Source: Raillietiella orientalis
Taxonomy: Eukaryota
DNA: 64,000 nt
Reading direction: 5' to 3'
Assembly (NCBI GenBank): GCA_036172245.1
Contig: JAYWIR010000006.1
Span: 4,836,001-4,900,000 of the forward strand
Of the stretch, positions 49,101-61,254 are shown piece by piece; within the stretch, counting starts at the first letter, position 1, and every line of letters starts with the position of its first letter. A program made the translations under genes and the position numbers. The notes under the pieces are model-generated. The model saw only the letters and a program-made list of their open reading frames with translations. It was not told where the DNA came from and made no database searches.

Positions 49101-52100
49101 TCAATGAATTTTCATGAACGATTTTCCTTTTTTTTTTTTTTTTTTAAATATGGATGACTGAAAGAAACCTGCCTACGTTTGTCGAAATACGCATCCTACA
49201 TTACCACCTTACATCATACGTTTTTGATACGTCCCAAGTAATCGTCGATTTTCTGGGTTTAGAAAATGCCGCCGAAAAGCAGAGTCCGATTCATCGAGTC
49301 ACATCTGACTCCTAGGTCGAGCGGTTTACTAGTTTGTCGCTCTTCCGGAGCGTCACGGTCACATTGATTCCATGTCTCTGCGTTGATTACAATATTTACT
49401 TCTGAACGACTCCTTAAAGCAACGGATGTTACGCCTGAAAGCAGTCAGCGGTTGCATCGTGGAACTGGCTGCTAATTTTGCTGGATATCTCTCGCTGGAA
49501 TTCGCTGTTAAAAGCGGGAAGCTGTGCACCTCGGAAAATGCACACGGATCTCATGAGCCAAAGCATACGTAGGTCTCTACCGAAGGAACCGCCCCATTTC
49601 GGAGTAATGGAATCCGGTGGCATTCTACTGAACATTCCCTTAGGACATCTCGCGTGTCCTGATCTCAAATTTTGCGATTATTTTTCCGAGTACACGTAAC
49701 AGCAAACAGCGTTTGAGTTGTGCTTTTCCTGCAACCATTTTCAGAAAGTGCAAAGCTACATGGAACTCTGATCTGCTTTGGTACACCATTTGTCAAATGG
49801 TTTCGCGTCATAGCTACCCAAGAATTCTCTTCCTGCACTTCTCTAAAGGTTTCGACAATTTCTTCTTCTTCTTCTGACACGTTTTCATACCACTCAGTCA
49901 CTTTCGATTCTTCCCAACTTTCCACTGGAACTGAAGATTGTAACAGTGGAACTAAAAAGATATTTGGGGTGAGGGGTGGGGGGAGGAACCTTAAAAAGAG
50001 AACTCTTATTTGATCATTTTAGAAATGCAAGCCGTTTGTTCTGTTTCAAGGGAGCAGGCGCTTGGAGACGAATCACAAATTACCTTGGATGTCGAATTTT
50101 CCGCATAGAATGAAGATTGATAAAGAAAGTTATATCTCCACTTTCCCCCCCAAAGTTGTTGCAAGAATGTAAGGTCCTTTTCCTTTTCTTTTTTTGCTAA
50201 TTCATTACACTGCTGGAGCACACGTAAAAAATCGTGACTATGTACAGAAACCGAAGTTATGAGCTGAGAAAATGAAAGCTGAGAAAACTATTGGAAAACA
50301 CTCATATGAAGAAGAAGTAATCAGCACGGACGCTGCCTAGACAACAGTCTCAGAATATCACGAACACAACGGGCGTATAGGAAATTGACGCCATCAGATC
50401 GACGTATTTTTGCGAAGACGCTGGGAAACCAGCTAGCCGACTGAGACGGAAGTAAAATTCAAGCTGCAAATTATCCATTCATGAAGATCATTTATCAGCT
50501 CGGAAAAAAAAAAAATAATAATAATGTTTTTTTTTTAAAAAAAAAGAGGAAAAAAGAAAATACTCGCTCTCATCGGCATGGAAATGAAACAACTGCTAAT
50601 TGCATCGGAAAAACTCTTTATGAGAAGGTTACGGGCTCTTATTTTGCTTGGATTTTATTCATCTTCCAGAAGATGGATAAAATTGGATTAGAATTCTCAT
50701 GGATTAGAATTCAACCGACAGATTTAATTCGAAAAGAAACTCAAATCGCTAGTGTGGTTTTTCTCCCTCAAGAATTTAAACTGTAAATAAGCATGGGAGC
50801 ATCGAGGGCGTGCTTTAACAGTGCTTCATTAATTCAGAGTCCTTCTGTCTTTTTAGGCAGATGTGCAGACACATGTACAGTACACATTTGTTTTTTGTTT
50901 TTACCTCTTCTGATCCGATCGAGCTCAGTAATGTACTGCGTCAGAGGTCTGAACTTGCGAAGCTCTAATGGAATAACACGCATCGTCGATTCGGTTCTTA
51001 ATCGGGAGATCCACTCATCAGCTCTATGTTGCAACTCCTGCGACTTCTGAAGAAAGTCGCTGTACCATTCAGGTTTCATCGAACTAGCATCTTCCTGTTT
51101 TGAAATGACTTTGACAGAGTTTTCATCACATCACAATCATTACTATGTCTATTAACTGAAGCATTCTATCCATGACCATGTTAACGGAAGTAAAAGTAGG
51201 CAGATCTTCGGTCCTGGCTGGGAGGCTGTCTGCGGTGTCCTCCGGGATCGAGTCCAGAGCTTCCTTTATCTGCGACACGAAACTTTGCGACGTGTCGTCG
51301 ACCGGGTGAGCCTTTTCGAAATGTCGCATCAAGCTGGCGAAACACTCTTTGGCACCAGCTTTGTGGATCCCCGCATCGGAAACCATGTCCCAACACAGAT
51401 CTGCGAAGATCTTCTTCTCACTCGATCTAAACAAAGCCATCAGCAGTAGTATCGTTGCAAGCAATGAGTATTGTGTGAGCTATCCCGACAAGTAACTCTT
51501 CGACAAGAGAGAGGATTCCCAGAGTGATGCTTACACGTTCTCTTCTGCATAAAGGTGATCGTGGAATGCCTTCACCAGGCCCCTTAGCTTCAGAGTGCTT
51601 TCCGCCAAGCTGGAATGAATGAATTTTGGGGAGAGTCACACACGCGGGGTGCGTTTGTCTCAGGGAAAAAGAGGAAGAAGAGGATTCGTCGACCGGTCGA
51701 TTTCCAAAGCAACGGAGAGAACTTTAATCGGATAGGTGAGTCACACGGTTTGACATGAATTGGCAAACGGCAGCAGGAGATGGTGCTCAAGCGGTAAAAA
51801 CGAAAGTTCTTTTGATAAAAGTAAAAATTTCTGATGGATGGGAAGAAGGGAAATCTTTTCTGAAACTGCACACTACACAGTTCCCGAAAGGTTGTAAAAG
51901 CTCGTGAATCATTGATAGTTGCTGATTTGATTTTTTTTTTTTTTGGTAATAGGAATTGGTGCTTGCAGTGATCCCTTCGAAGAGAGGCACTGCTTCCCTA
52001 TTTTGCTGTTCCTTTTTGTTTTTAATATTGCTGCACTAAAGTATTGAATAAACGGAATTATAAGTGAAATGTGATAGCAAAAGCACGATAGAAAAGTTGT

Positions 52101-55100
52101 CAGTTTAAAAGAAAAAAAAAATTTTTTTTGCTAACAGACACTTACCTTTCTTTAGTGCTTGGGAAGAGTGCTTCCGGAATACTTTTCTGGAAAAAAAAAA
52201 AAAAAATGATTTCGTATCATTGTCATTTTTGAAAAATGATTCACCACGAAATCGAATCTGATTGTGTTGAGGGAGAACAAGCCTGACAAGATGCTATTCT
52301 TCTTTCGCCTGGATGTTCCTTGCTTCCTAAATTAGCGGCCAGTCGATTACTTTTTTTTTTTTTTTTTTCTAATTTCTGTTTGGACCGCAAAGCCAAGATT
52401 CGTTTTTCCACGCAGCTATAGAATCGCAGCATGGATCGAGCTTTTCCGAAAGTTTGCAGATCCCGGCATTTGAATTCTAGTCGTTGCAACCACGCCAGCA
52501 TCTCTCATCCCGACAATTCTTGATGAAATGAAAGCAAACGTCATCTGATGACGAGTTAAAGTTGCGAATAAAGGATAGGCACAGTGGAACAGTAAGTGAC
52601 AAGGCAATAAGCAGGATCGGCTGTAATTAATGGCAAATATGCGCCTCGCTGACTCTGTGCGACTTGCATAAGCTCTTGAATTTTCGTTAATCACAGCATT
52701 TTTAAAATTCAAACTTGACAGCGCATTTCCACTTTTAATGATTCGGTTTATTCATAGGGGAGCGAGGGTTCGGAAGCCTGATTTCGAAAGTTCCATCACT
52801 CACTCGTTATTTACTTGTGGTTACTTGGAGGGGCCACGGTGGTTCCCGACTGCGGTTACGCGGACGGTCGCTGTGCTTCGAGGTTACCACCACCAAACCA
52901 CCAAACCTGTGACTCTCTTAAAGCATTGCATTTTGCTCGGTGGAACACCAGCACCCGTCCGTTATTTGTTTCTCAGCAATTTGTGCTTGATAGTAATTGC
53001 GCTTTTAATCTGTGATAGCAACTAAGCTTTTTTGTTGACGCGCTTTCACGAAGATTGATGCAGGTTTGATGCACGTCGATGGCTGGTCCATTCACGACAC
53101 GGATGAATTGATCCTATAGGTTTATCCAATGAATCACGGAGTTCTGCGTGGAGTTTCTCACATCTTGAAAAACTTATTATTCAGAAATCTCGACTGACGA
53201 TGATACTATAAGGCATAAATGGAAAAATGGATAGGTAATAAATTCACCAAATGAATCGTGCGTGCTCTTTCAAGTGCTTATTCCTTCGACGTGTTCGTGT
53301 TGTGTTTTCTCTCCGTCTTTCAGGACTGTAACGAACTTTCTTCTTCTTCACCCCCCTTGTTCTTTCGGCAGTTTTCATTTTTACGTCGATTAGGAAAAAA
53401 TTTTTAGATGCTAATGGCATGCTATCTTCTGAGAATGATGCAACTTTAGACATATGGGGGTTACTTTTTTTTTTTTTTCTACTAACAAGACCGCAGGAAA
53501 GCTACTTTTGTGAACGCAGACGCATGTTCAATTACATTCCGGAGATTAACGTACACGGCTGAACTTCTCCGATTCTTTCGTTTTCATGTTGAGCTAGGCG
53601 GAATGGACGGGCAATCATTAAAGGAAGAGGAAGAAAGAAGAAAAAAAAGTAGCATGAACAATAGCACCCATGTTTGGGGGGGGGGGAGCTGGTCATAGCC
53701 GTCTAAAAGTAAAACCAATTAATGGAATTCACATGTCAAATGACAACTTGCAAAATCCGAATTTGATGCGCAAATAAAGGAAAGGAAAAGTTTTATAAAG
53801 CGGTATGGGAAAAGGAAGCTTTCTAATTGCTTTCATTTCCCCTATTCTTTCTTTCGTTATTCTTATGAAAACGACCAAAATTAAAAATAGCCCAATTTGT
53901 CGGGAAGATCATCGATAAGTGGTGGAGGCGGTGGTTTTCGGTCCCTACAAGGGAAGCCTCGGGTACGCACCCACGTCCGAGGAGTGCGCTTTCCAGGGCA
54001 CGCGTGACGTCACGGCTTTGCTTTTGCTGGGAAGCGCTCCCCTCCCGGCAAACTCGTTATTGCTGTGCGAATCGGGAATTCCGTGTGAAACTCACCGAGC
54101 AAAGAATTCCTGTGGCTTTCGACAGACTGCAACCCGTCCATTCCGAAAGGAGATTCGCCTTCTCCGTTACGCTCCTAAACTCTTCCTCTATTTCGGTCTT
54201 GATCACTTCATCCACCAGGGAAGAAAAAACGATTCCTTCCATCCTCGAATCTGGAAAGGGGTGGGGGGTGTAAAACGTAATCGTAGAGTTGCCACCACAC
54301 CCCTATCATCCTGAATTCTCTCGTGCATGTTTTTTTCTCGTGTTCTCGAAAGAAATTCCGCATTTCCAAACTTCTTCGGAATGAGCGGCGTCGGTATGGG
54401 CTTTGTAATTTTAAAGTGTTTTGAAAATCGCGTTTTTTTGTGTGTGACAGACAAATAATATTCATGCGAGTGTATCTGAGGAGCTAAACGAAAAATCGCT
54501 TATGTCATGAAGTATTCTCATTAAATCGTCATTGCAAAAACCATTTTGATAGTAACTGGGGAATTCCTTTGGCGACAGAATGACTGGACAGTTTGACGTG
54601 GCTTGCAGGATCCAAATCCCTGTTCCATGACCAAAGAGGAACAGCGCCAAACAAAACGCGGATCCCCGCATAACGGGCACCAAATATTCGTACGAAATGT
54701 TTCTATTCATTTCTTCAATATAGAAAATACGCTACCTCCCCACTAGAGTTATCGTTCAAAGCAATGTTCATACTTACCCATTGGCCTACCATTCGGTGAC
54801 AATGTTAATGAGAATATGTGATTCGGATCTTCTCCTATGCTATTAAGCCATAAATAACTTGGATATAAGCTGTGAGTGCTGTCTTGAAAAAAAATTATCA
54901 CCTGTGGCCAGGAATCCTGATGGGATATTAGCTCTGACCAGAATTCAGAACTATTTGGAAGGTTCCAAAGAATCCAACCTCTGAAATGGAAACAAGAAGG
55001 AATAATCGTGACCTTTCTACGTCTAAGTAAACAGAGTTGATCGAGATGTGCGAAAGGAAATTACTCATATAGTAGCATAAAGAATTCCTCTTAATTATTT

Positions 55101-58100
55101 TTATTCAAGAGTTTTCTCGATATTCAAGAGAGGTTTTTCAAAATTTTCGAAACGTAGGGAACGACTAGTTCTCAACGTGGGCAGCTATCGGATTCCTCAT
55201 CAGTCCTGTAGCTTTCTTAAAGTGATTTCTTTGTGATACAGTTCTAGATGTTTCCACGTTCATAAGATTGATCTTGGAGGCGCATCTTTCTCTGATCCAC
55301 TTGTAAGGGTGCGTGTACTATGATTTAAGGATGTTTAATGAGTCCTCTCCTGTTTATTTGGTCCGTTTTGAATGTGAAATGAAAAGAGATGTGCTCCAGT
55401 TTGAAACAAAACTTAAAGCAAGCACAAGCCAGTTCACTGAAAAGATTCCTAAGTACTTTGATGCTTTCAGCTCTTCGTGACATCTGGTACTTCGTTTTTC
55501 GATGAAATACAAGATTTATTCCTAAAATTCGTCTAACTGTGAACTTTTTAAAATGTAATGTCGCCCGTATGGTATCAGCGTTACGTCGGAAATAAGTCCG
55601 GAGCAAGTGTGGAATCTTCTCTGGTTCCCATGAAATACGCACAAGAGGACCACATACTCTCCAGCATTCAATGTATAGGAAACATTTGTCATCGTAAGGG
55701 ACATTTACATTTTTGTTTTACGACTAAATGCGCCACATAACAGCATTTTCGGATTTGAGTCTTTTGTTTCTGGCCGTGAATCCCTCTCAACCCGATGCAC
55801 CATGCAAACGTGCAACTGATCAGATCCTATGTTTTTGTTAGCTTCAAATTATCTTTTGCTGCATTCGATAGAAGTGCTGAATCTCGAACTTCAGCGAAAC
55901 GGCTTCTTTGGAGCTATCGGCAAGATTTTGTTTACGCGATACTTTCCACGTTTGGAACTCAATCCTCAGAGGCAGAGACTGCAGTGCGGGATAAACACGA
56001 TTACCGGATTCGAGAGCGTGGAAACCAGTCCTTACTTGCAAGTTATTTCAAGATTTTCGTCTACTCCTACTTCAAGAAGTCCATTTCTCTGAAGAATTTC
56101 TCTGAAAGTCACAAGCACATCCTCTTCAGTAACCCTCAAGTTTTGTTCAAAAACTGTTTTTGCTTCGCCGACTGGAACGGAAGACTTGTTACTCCTACGA
56201 GAATCGAAACGTTATAATAGTTACTTGCTAGTAGAACTGCGTGTACGACTTCTGTATCGTTTTCATCTATTACTGGTTTGGCTATGGGTTCTTTCAGCTC
56301 GGGGGGAATCAAATCCAGTATTTGCTTGTCTATTTCCTCTTCGTTTATGAGGGCACTCAAATCTGTTGAATCATCTTCAAAGATATCATCATTCTGATCA
56401 GCAATACTTCTCTCCAATAGCTCACGTTCTGCAGAAACATTGCTAAAGGATTATCCATTCCAACTTAGAGGCACAATAATTTGAATTTCAGTGCTCAATC
56501 TGCAAATGCGTAAGTGCTTTTTTACATTTAAGAATCTCAAGCTTGAAGCGGGGCACACTAAAAACCAAACTAATAAAAAAAAAATATATTCGGAAACAAG
56601 CATCATCATAGGAAGGGATCTATGAATTAAAGAATTCAAGGATTAAGAGATGAAAGCGATCCTCCATCAATAAAGTAGATCGTGTGAAAGAAATGTAAGG
56701 AATAACTCGATAAGTAATTCATCAATTCAAGAGATGAAATGAATGGAGACATGACTTTGAAGCAGTGAGACATTAGAAGAATTTCCATTTGAAGAAATAA
56801 GGGCGAAAACTGAATACACTGCAATTAAGGTACGAGAGAATGTAGTAACTACAACACATATGAAGTTCATAGGGTATGTTTTTATTTGCATTACCAACAA
56901 GCACTAGAGCCCTACTGAGAGAAAGAATATAGTAAATTATCTCAGACGAGAAGCACGCTCCAATGTTTTTCAGTTATGCGTGGCTTTAGCGTTTCTGATC
57001 AGTACAAAAGGTACAGTACAGAATCGTAGACACGCATCAGCAGGTCAGAAGAAATCCTTCGAATCCGAAATACTGCGGAAATTCTTTGGCACAAGAAAGT
57101 CTAACATAGGTTTTGGTCTTGATAAGGCAAGAATGGTCCCAAACGCAATATCCGTATCCAACCTTCTCCCTAAATTTACGGATATGACAGACATTCACAC
57201 GCCAGTGCAGACAACCATTTTCAAAAACTGAATGTGACCAATAATTTATTTTTAATTACACACACATATGTGCGCGTGAATCATAAACATGTGCATGTTT
57301 GGAATCATTTAAAGAAATGAGTAAACTACGACTCATTTTCTGTTTATCCCACAGGAGAAAAGTACTCGTGTCGAAGCAGGTGTTTCGCACGGGATCTGAA
57401 TGTGTCCAGATTTTCAGTGCATTCGGATCTGAATACATCCCAAACTGCATATTCCAGATACGTAAATTCATTGCTGAGCAATTCACTCATGATCGGTCGC
57501 CACAGAAAAACAGGCTTTTGATGTCGGAAGGTTACTGGAAACTCATCAAAAGTTTCAAAAGTTGAACTGTCCTCAGCCTCTGAACCCGGCAACCGTTTAA
57601 TGAATTTAGTTCCGTATTAAACCAACTGTATAAGACACGATTGGCTGTTCAGTTTGGAATGTTCAATAATTGTAGAAAGAATCCACTTTGCCTTTACGTT
57701 CTGTCGGTTCGAGCGAGGTTTCGGTCCTCGTTTTTTATCATCTGTTTGAATGTGTTGTCTTTTGATTCACGCGTGATTATCCATTGTATGGAAACTGAGA
57801 AGCATGGGTGTCTTTAAGGTTACGACCTCGCTTTAGCGAAAAGATTTCAACAACTGAACTCGATCCAACAAGGCGGAATAAAGAATATATAAGTGGGAAG
57901 AATGAGGAAGCAGTATAAAGTCGAAGGTTTTAAAATGCATGCATTCATAAGTGTTCATACTGCTGTTAAGGTTGCATACCTTCTAGATTTTCAGACGAAG
58001 CAGGAGATTGCAGGTCTTCTATTTCCTCTGTTTCTAATTCGGAAACCGATTCTAAAAGCCACTGCCTGATTAATAAAGTCAGTTCGTCAGTTCCAGGCTT

Positions 58101-58346
58101 TTCCATTAGGCTTTTATCTTTTGCTTGCAAAACACTTTCTAACTGCATTATCAGTTCATGTTTTTTATTTTTTATGAAATTTTGTAAATCCTGCTCTCGT
58201 TCCTTCTCAGAAATCATCCACTTTTCGTCAAGGTCAGACTGCATTTCTTCCATTTTTTGTGCTCTAGTTTTTTCGGCCAAGTTGTGAAGCAAATCCTCAA
58301 CAGTTTGTGAACGACAGATCATTTTCACTTCTTCGTAATCAAACAT
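24241..58346 (-). CDS. AK9: Adenylate kinase 9 (large multi-AK-domain protein); multi-exon, 5' exons upstream of 58346 not identified
   Basis: Minus-strand exons follow AK9 order: ~58346-57970 (MFDYEEV.., coiled coil), ~56430-56200 (IDENDTEVV), 54982-54777 (GWILWNLP..WPQVIIFFQD), ~51100-50905, ~49930-49785, ~48081-47932 (YGEYRHFCPVLF..PGN..AALYKNK), 47883-47772 (IYYFSSPEARQEF..P.KY..PPVRICILG), ~43261-43050 (PYASGKTELGK), ~36959-36722 (GFILEGFP..LFPD), ~35546-35137, ~34968-34744 (YKLLSVFGRWCPVK), ~30300-30215, ~30160-30038 (NPLKY..PIRMAVIGPPKCGKTT), ~29968-29780, ~29619-29462 (GCILDGFP), ~29254-29083 (SEWWIWNE), 27607-27450 (QYCPTCLA), 27249-27071 (SYCPVTYIDGKQR), 24922-24757, 24681-24531 (LGYLEQ..KPKYPF), 24482-24241 (stop). 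Further exons at 51-57.6 kb are less certain. Confidence 0.9.
25456..25476. repeat. (GA)n microsatellite in AK9 intron
   Basis: agagagagagagagagagaga. Confidence 0.85.
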
Positions 58347-61204
58347 CTAAAAATTAATGCTGCTGTAAGACAACAGTGTGCAATCTGTTAAGACTAGCAA
58401 ATTTTGCTGATCTAATGCCGAAACGGAGCGTCGTGCCCTTTACCAGAAAAGCAACACAGTAAATATGAGTTTGTCATCAGCTGAGGTGTGCACAATGAGA
58501 AACTGTGCGGTTTTCGACTAACGGCAATGCATGAAATGAATGATGTGGAATGTATTGACTGATGGACTCATTAATAGAATAAAAACATTTGAGTTCTTCG
58601 AAAAACAAAAAACAAAGACAAAATCTGCACTGAAACTATTTACAAACTGATTTATTTTTTTTTTTCGATACAGGCTATTAATCGCCTTGTATTCACAGAA
58701 TAACTGTAACTGAATCTGCGATCCATATCTTACCGTGACCTGTTAGAATCGGAAGAAATGATGAATAGGCACTGAATGACGAGCCATAAAAGTGAACAAA
58801 GAATACACACCCATAATTTACAATATTTGGCAACCAAAACTCAGCACACAAGCGACAAATAATCTGCAATTCCGAACCCTACTTCGAAAAGGATCGTCAA
58901 GCATTGGATGCTATTCTTCATCCCATTCATGTTTGGGAATTATTTGATCTTTTATGCTCCTGTCATTTCATTGTGCGTGAGCATTTGATTTAATGCGTGG
59001 TTCACAAACAAGCCATCCCGTCAACTTCGGCTTTTATGGCATCAGAACGATTCAGGAACTGATTCGTGTTCGAATCATTTTATAACATTATGAAAACTGA
59101 TCAGCAGCTCCAGCGAAGAGTCTTCGATTGTGCTCTAGAGGACTAAAAACTGTTCTTTTCATCATTTCAATCCAGCAATAGGAGTGTTCGTTTTTTGAGC
59201 TTCATCAAATTCTGCACCAATGCCCACATTTTTTTTTTTTTTTTTTTTAAGTCTGCAGGATGGATAACAAGGAATGCAATTGCTGGGCTCTCATTTTGCC
59301 ATTTAAACGACCGTATACACGAATATGTGCGTAGGCCAGTGAAAGGATGCGAAGCAACATTCGTAGGCAAACGGATTCCCCTACCCTCTAGTAGTTAAGA
59401 ACTCATGCTACCAAAGTGTATGAACATTTAGTCAAAGATGGTCTCATAACATGATTGATAAGAGGGAAAAAGAAACGCACTCGAGCAGTAGGAACTCGAG
59501 TTATTCCTTAACTTTTTCGCTCCTGACGCCAGCATCCACCAGACACGGATGGCGGCCATAGTAGCTGAACGCAAAGCTGTAGGAAAAACAAGAGAATACA
59601 CAATGATGGTTAGGCATATTTGTATCCGGGATACAAATCTCACTTGTTTTTCAGTCAGTCCTCTGAAAATCACAGTGCTGTATTGTACAGGCTTGCAGCA
59701 AAAGGAAGTTAAATACAGAAAAAAAAAAAGAAGTATTCCAAAGTATTTTTGCACATAGCGTTTGAAGAAATTATCTGTCGGTACGTCCGTTCACTAGTTA
59801 AAAAAGCTTTCCTATTAGTTTTCCATTTCGATTGATTGTTTCGGTTTTACCCATCTCAAGATGAATACGAGGAAGCTAAGAAAAAATAGCAATCATTGAA
59901 CACGTGTTCAATGATTCGAAGACGGATTCCGGTAACCGCAATGAAAGTGCAAATAATCAGAATCAATATTTCACACACGAAAAGAAAAACACGATTAGGA
60001 ATACTCAGTACCACGGAATCAAGAGAAAAATAAATGAAGCCAACACACAAAGTACCATCTTCTCACGCATCATATAAGGACTTGGAAAAAATTTCGGCCA
60101 GAAATCTATGGTTTGATGCTGCAACATTCGGAGATTCGAGCAAACATAAATCATTCTTTTAAAATTATAAGAGGTGAATCGAAGTGTCAGCGCGCGGAGT
60201 GTGATGCTGGGTCATGCGTATTCCCATGTTTTAAAGTATATCATTCCGACTTAGATTATTATTCATTTACTAAATTATTAATTATGTTATGGATTCATTT
60301 GAAACGTGCTAATTATTACTTTGACTCCTTTGTACCAAACGCAGTTCGTACACCGGTGTGACAACAGACAACAGACTCGGGGCGTCGGGACACTGTCCAC
60401 GCGGACAGTGCACCCCTGCAGGCAGGGCGTCCCGTTCGGCGGTGGCGTACTGACGTCCAGTTGCGTCGTAACGATAAGGTCAAGAAGACTATTGAAGGTA
60501 GCAAGCACAAGTAGAACAGCGGTTAGCATTCCAAGAGACTCGATTCTGTTTGCTGCTCTCTTTTGCACTCGATCTGTGACGACAAAGCGCCTTCGTGTCA
60601 CACGGATGATGGAACTACTGTCGAATAATTCTATGACCAAAATATTCTGAAATTATTGGCACCAGCTCAACTCCTTCACGAAGAGCTACTTATGGCCACA
60701 TAAGATGGAGAGATAAAGGGAACCGCTCACTATTTGCACTTCTTTGGTCACGTTATCTGGATATAGCTCGGAGCAAAGTTAGACAACAGACCACGAAATA
60801 ATGACCAAGTTCGTTTATTATTATAATGTCCTGCCGTACAGAAATGTTTTAAAACTTTTTTTCCTAATTTTTTTTTCTTTTGCTTTCCAGCTTCTTTTAA
60901 ATACCTCCTTGAAATGCACACACATAGGAATAAATAAAATCGATTTTCTTAATCGATTTTCAAACTGAGCATGACTGTAGAAATGTTTTCCGTTTTTATT
61001 ACTTCTTTATCCGTTTCAAACTTTTTATTCATCCAGCACACTCTTCCTAGCCTCTCTCGAAACTGCCGCATACCGCTTGCATCTTTCAATCTGCCCATCA
61101 CACATTTGACCATTGAAAGAATGAATTCACTTCACTTTCGATTCCTCCTGCCAGCACTCAGGTGACTGCACAGAATTTATCCACAGAAGATTCGCACAAG
61201 CATG

Positions 61205-61254
61205 CAGTCCTATTACGGACTTCAGATGCTATGACTTCAGTCCTATTACGGACT
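61205..61254. repeat. Two identical 17-bp direct repeats, each a small hairpin, 33-bp period
   Basis: cagtcctattacggact at 61205-61221 and 61238-61254; agtcc/ggact stem within each unit. Confidence 0.85.

Noticed and set aside
58362..58400. Plus-strand 'CKTTVCNLL' resembling AK9 'GKTTLCNML'
   Set aside because: Wrong strand, very short and lacking the P-loop glycines; most likely coincidence.
61205..61254. CRISPR-like repeat-spacer-repeat
   Set aside because: Only two 17-bp units with a 16-bp spacer, in a eukaryotic context with no cas genes.
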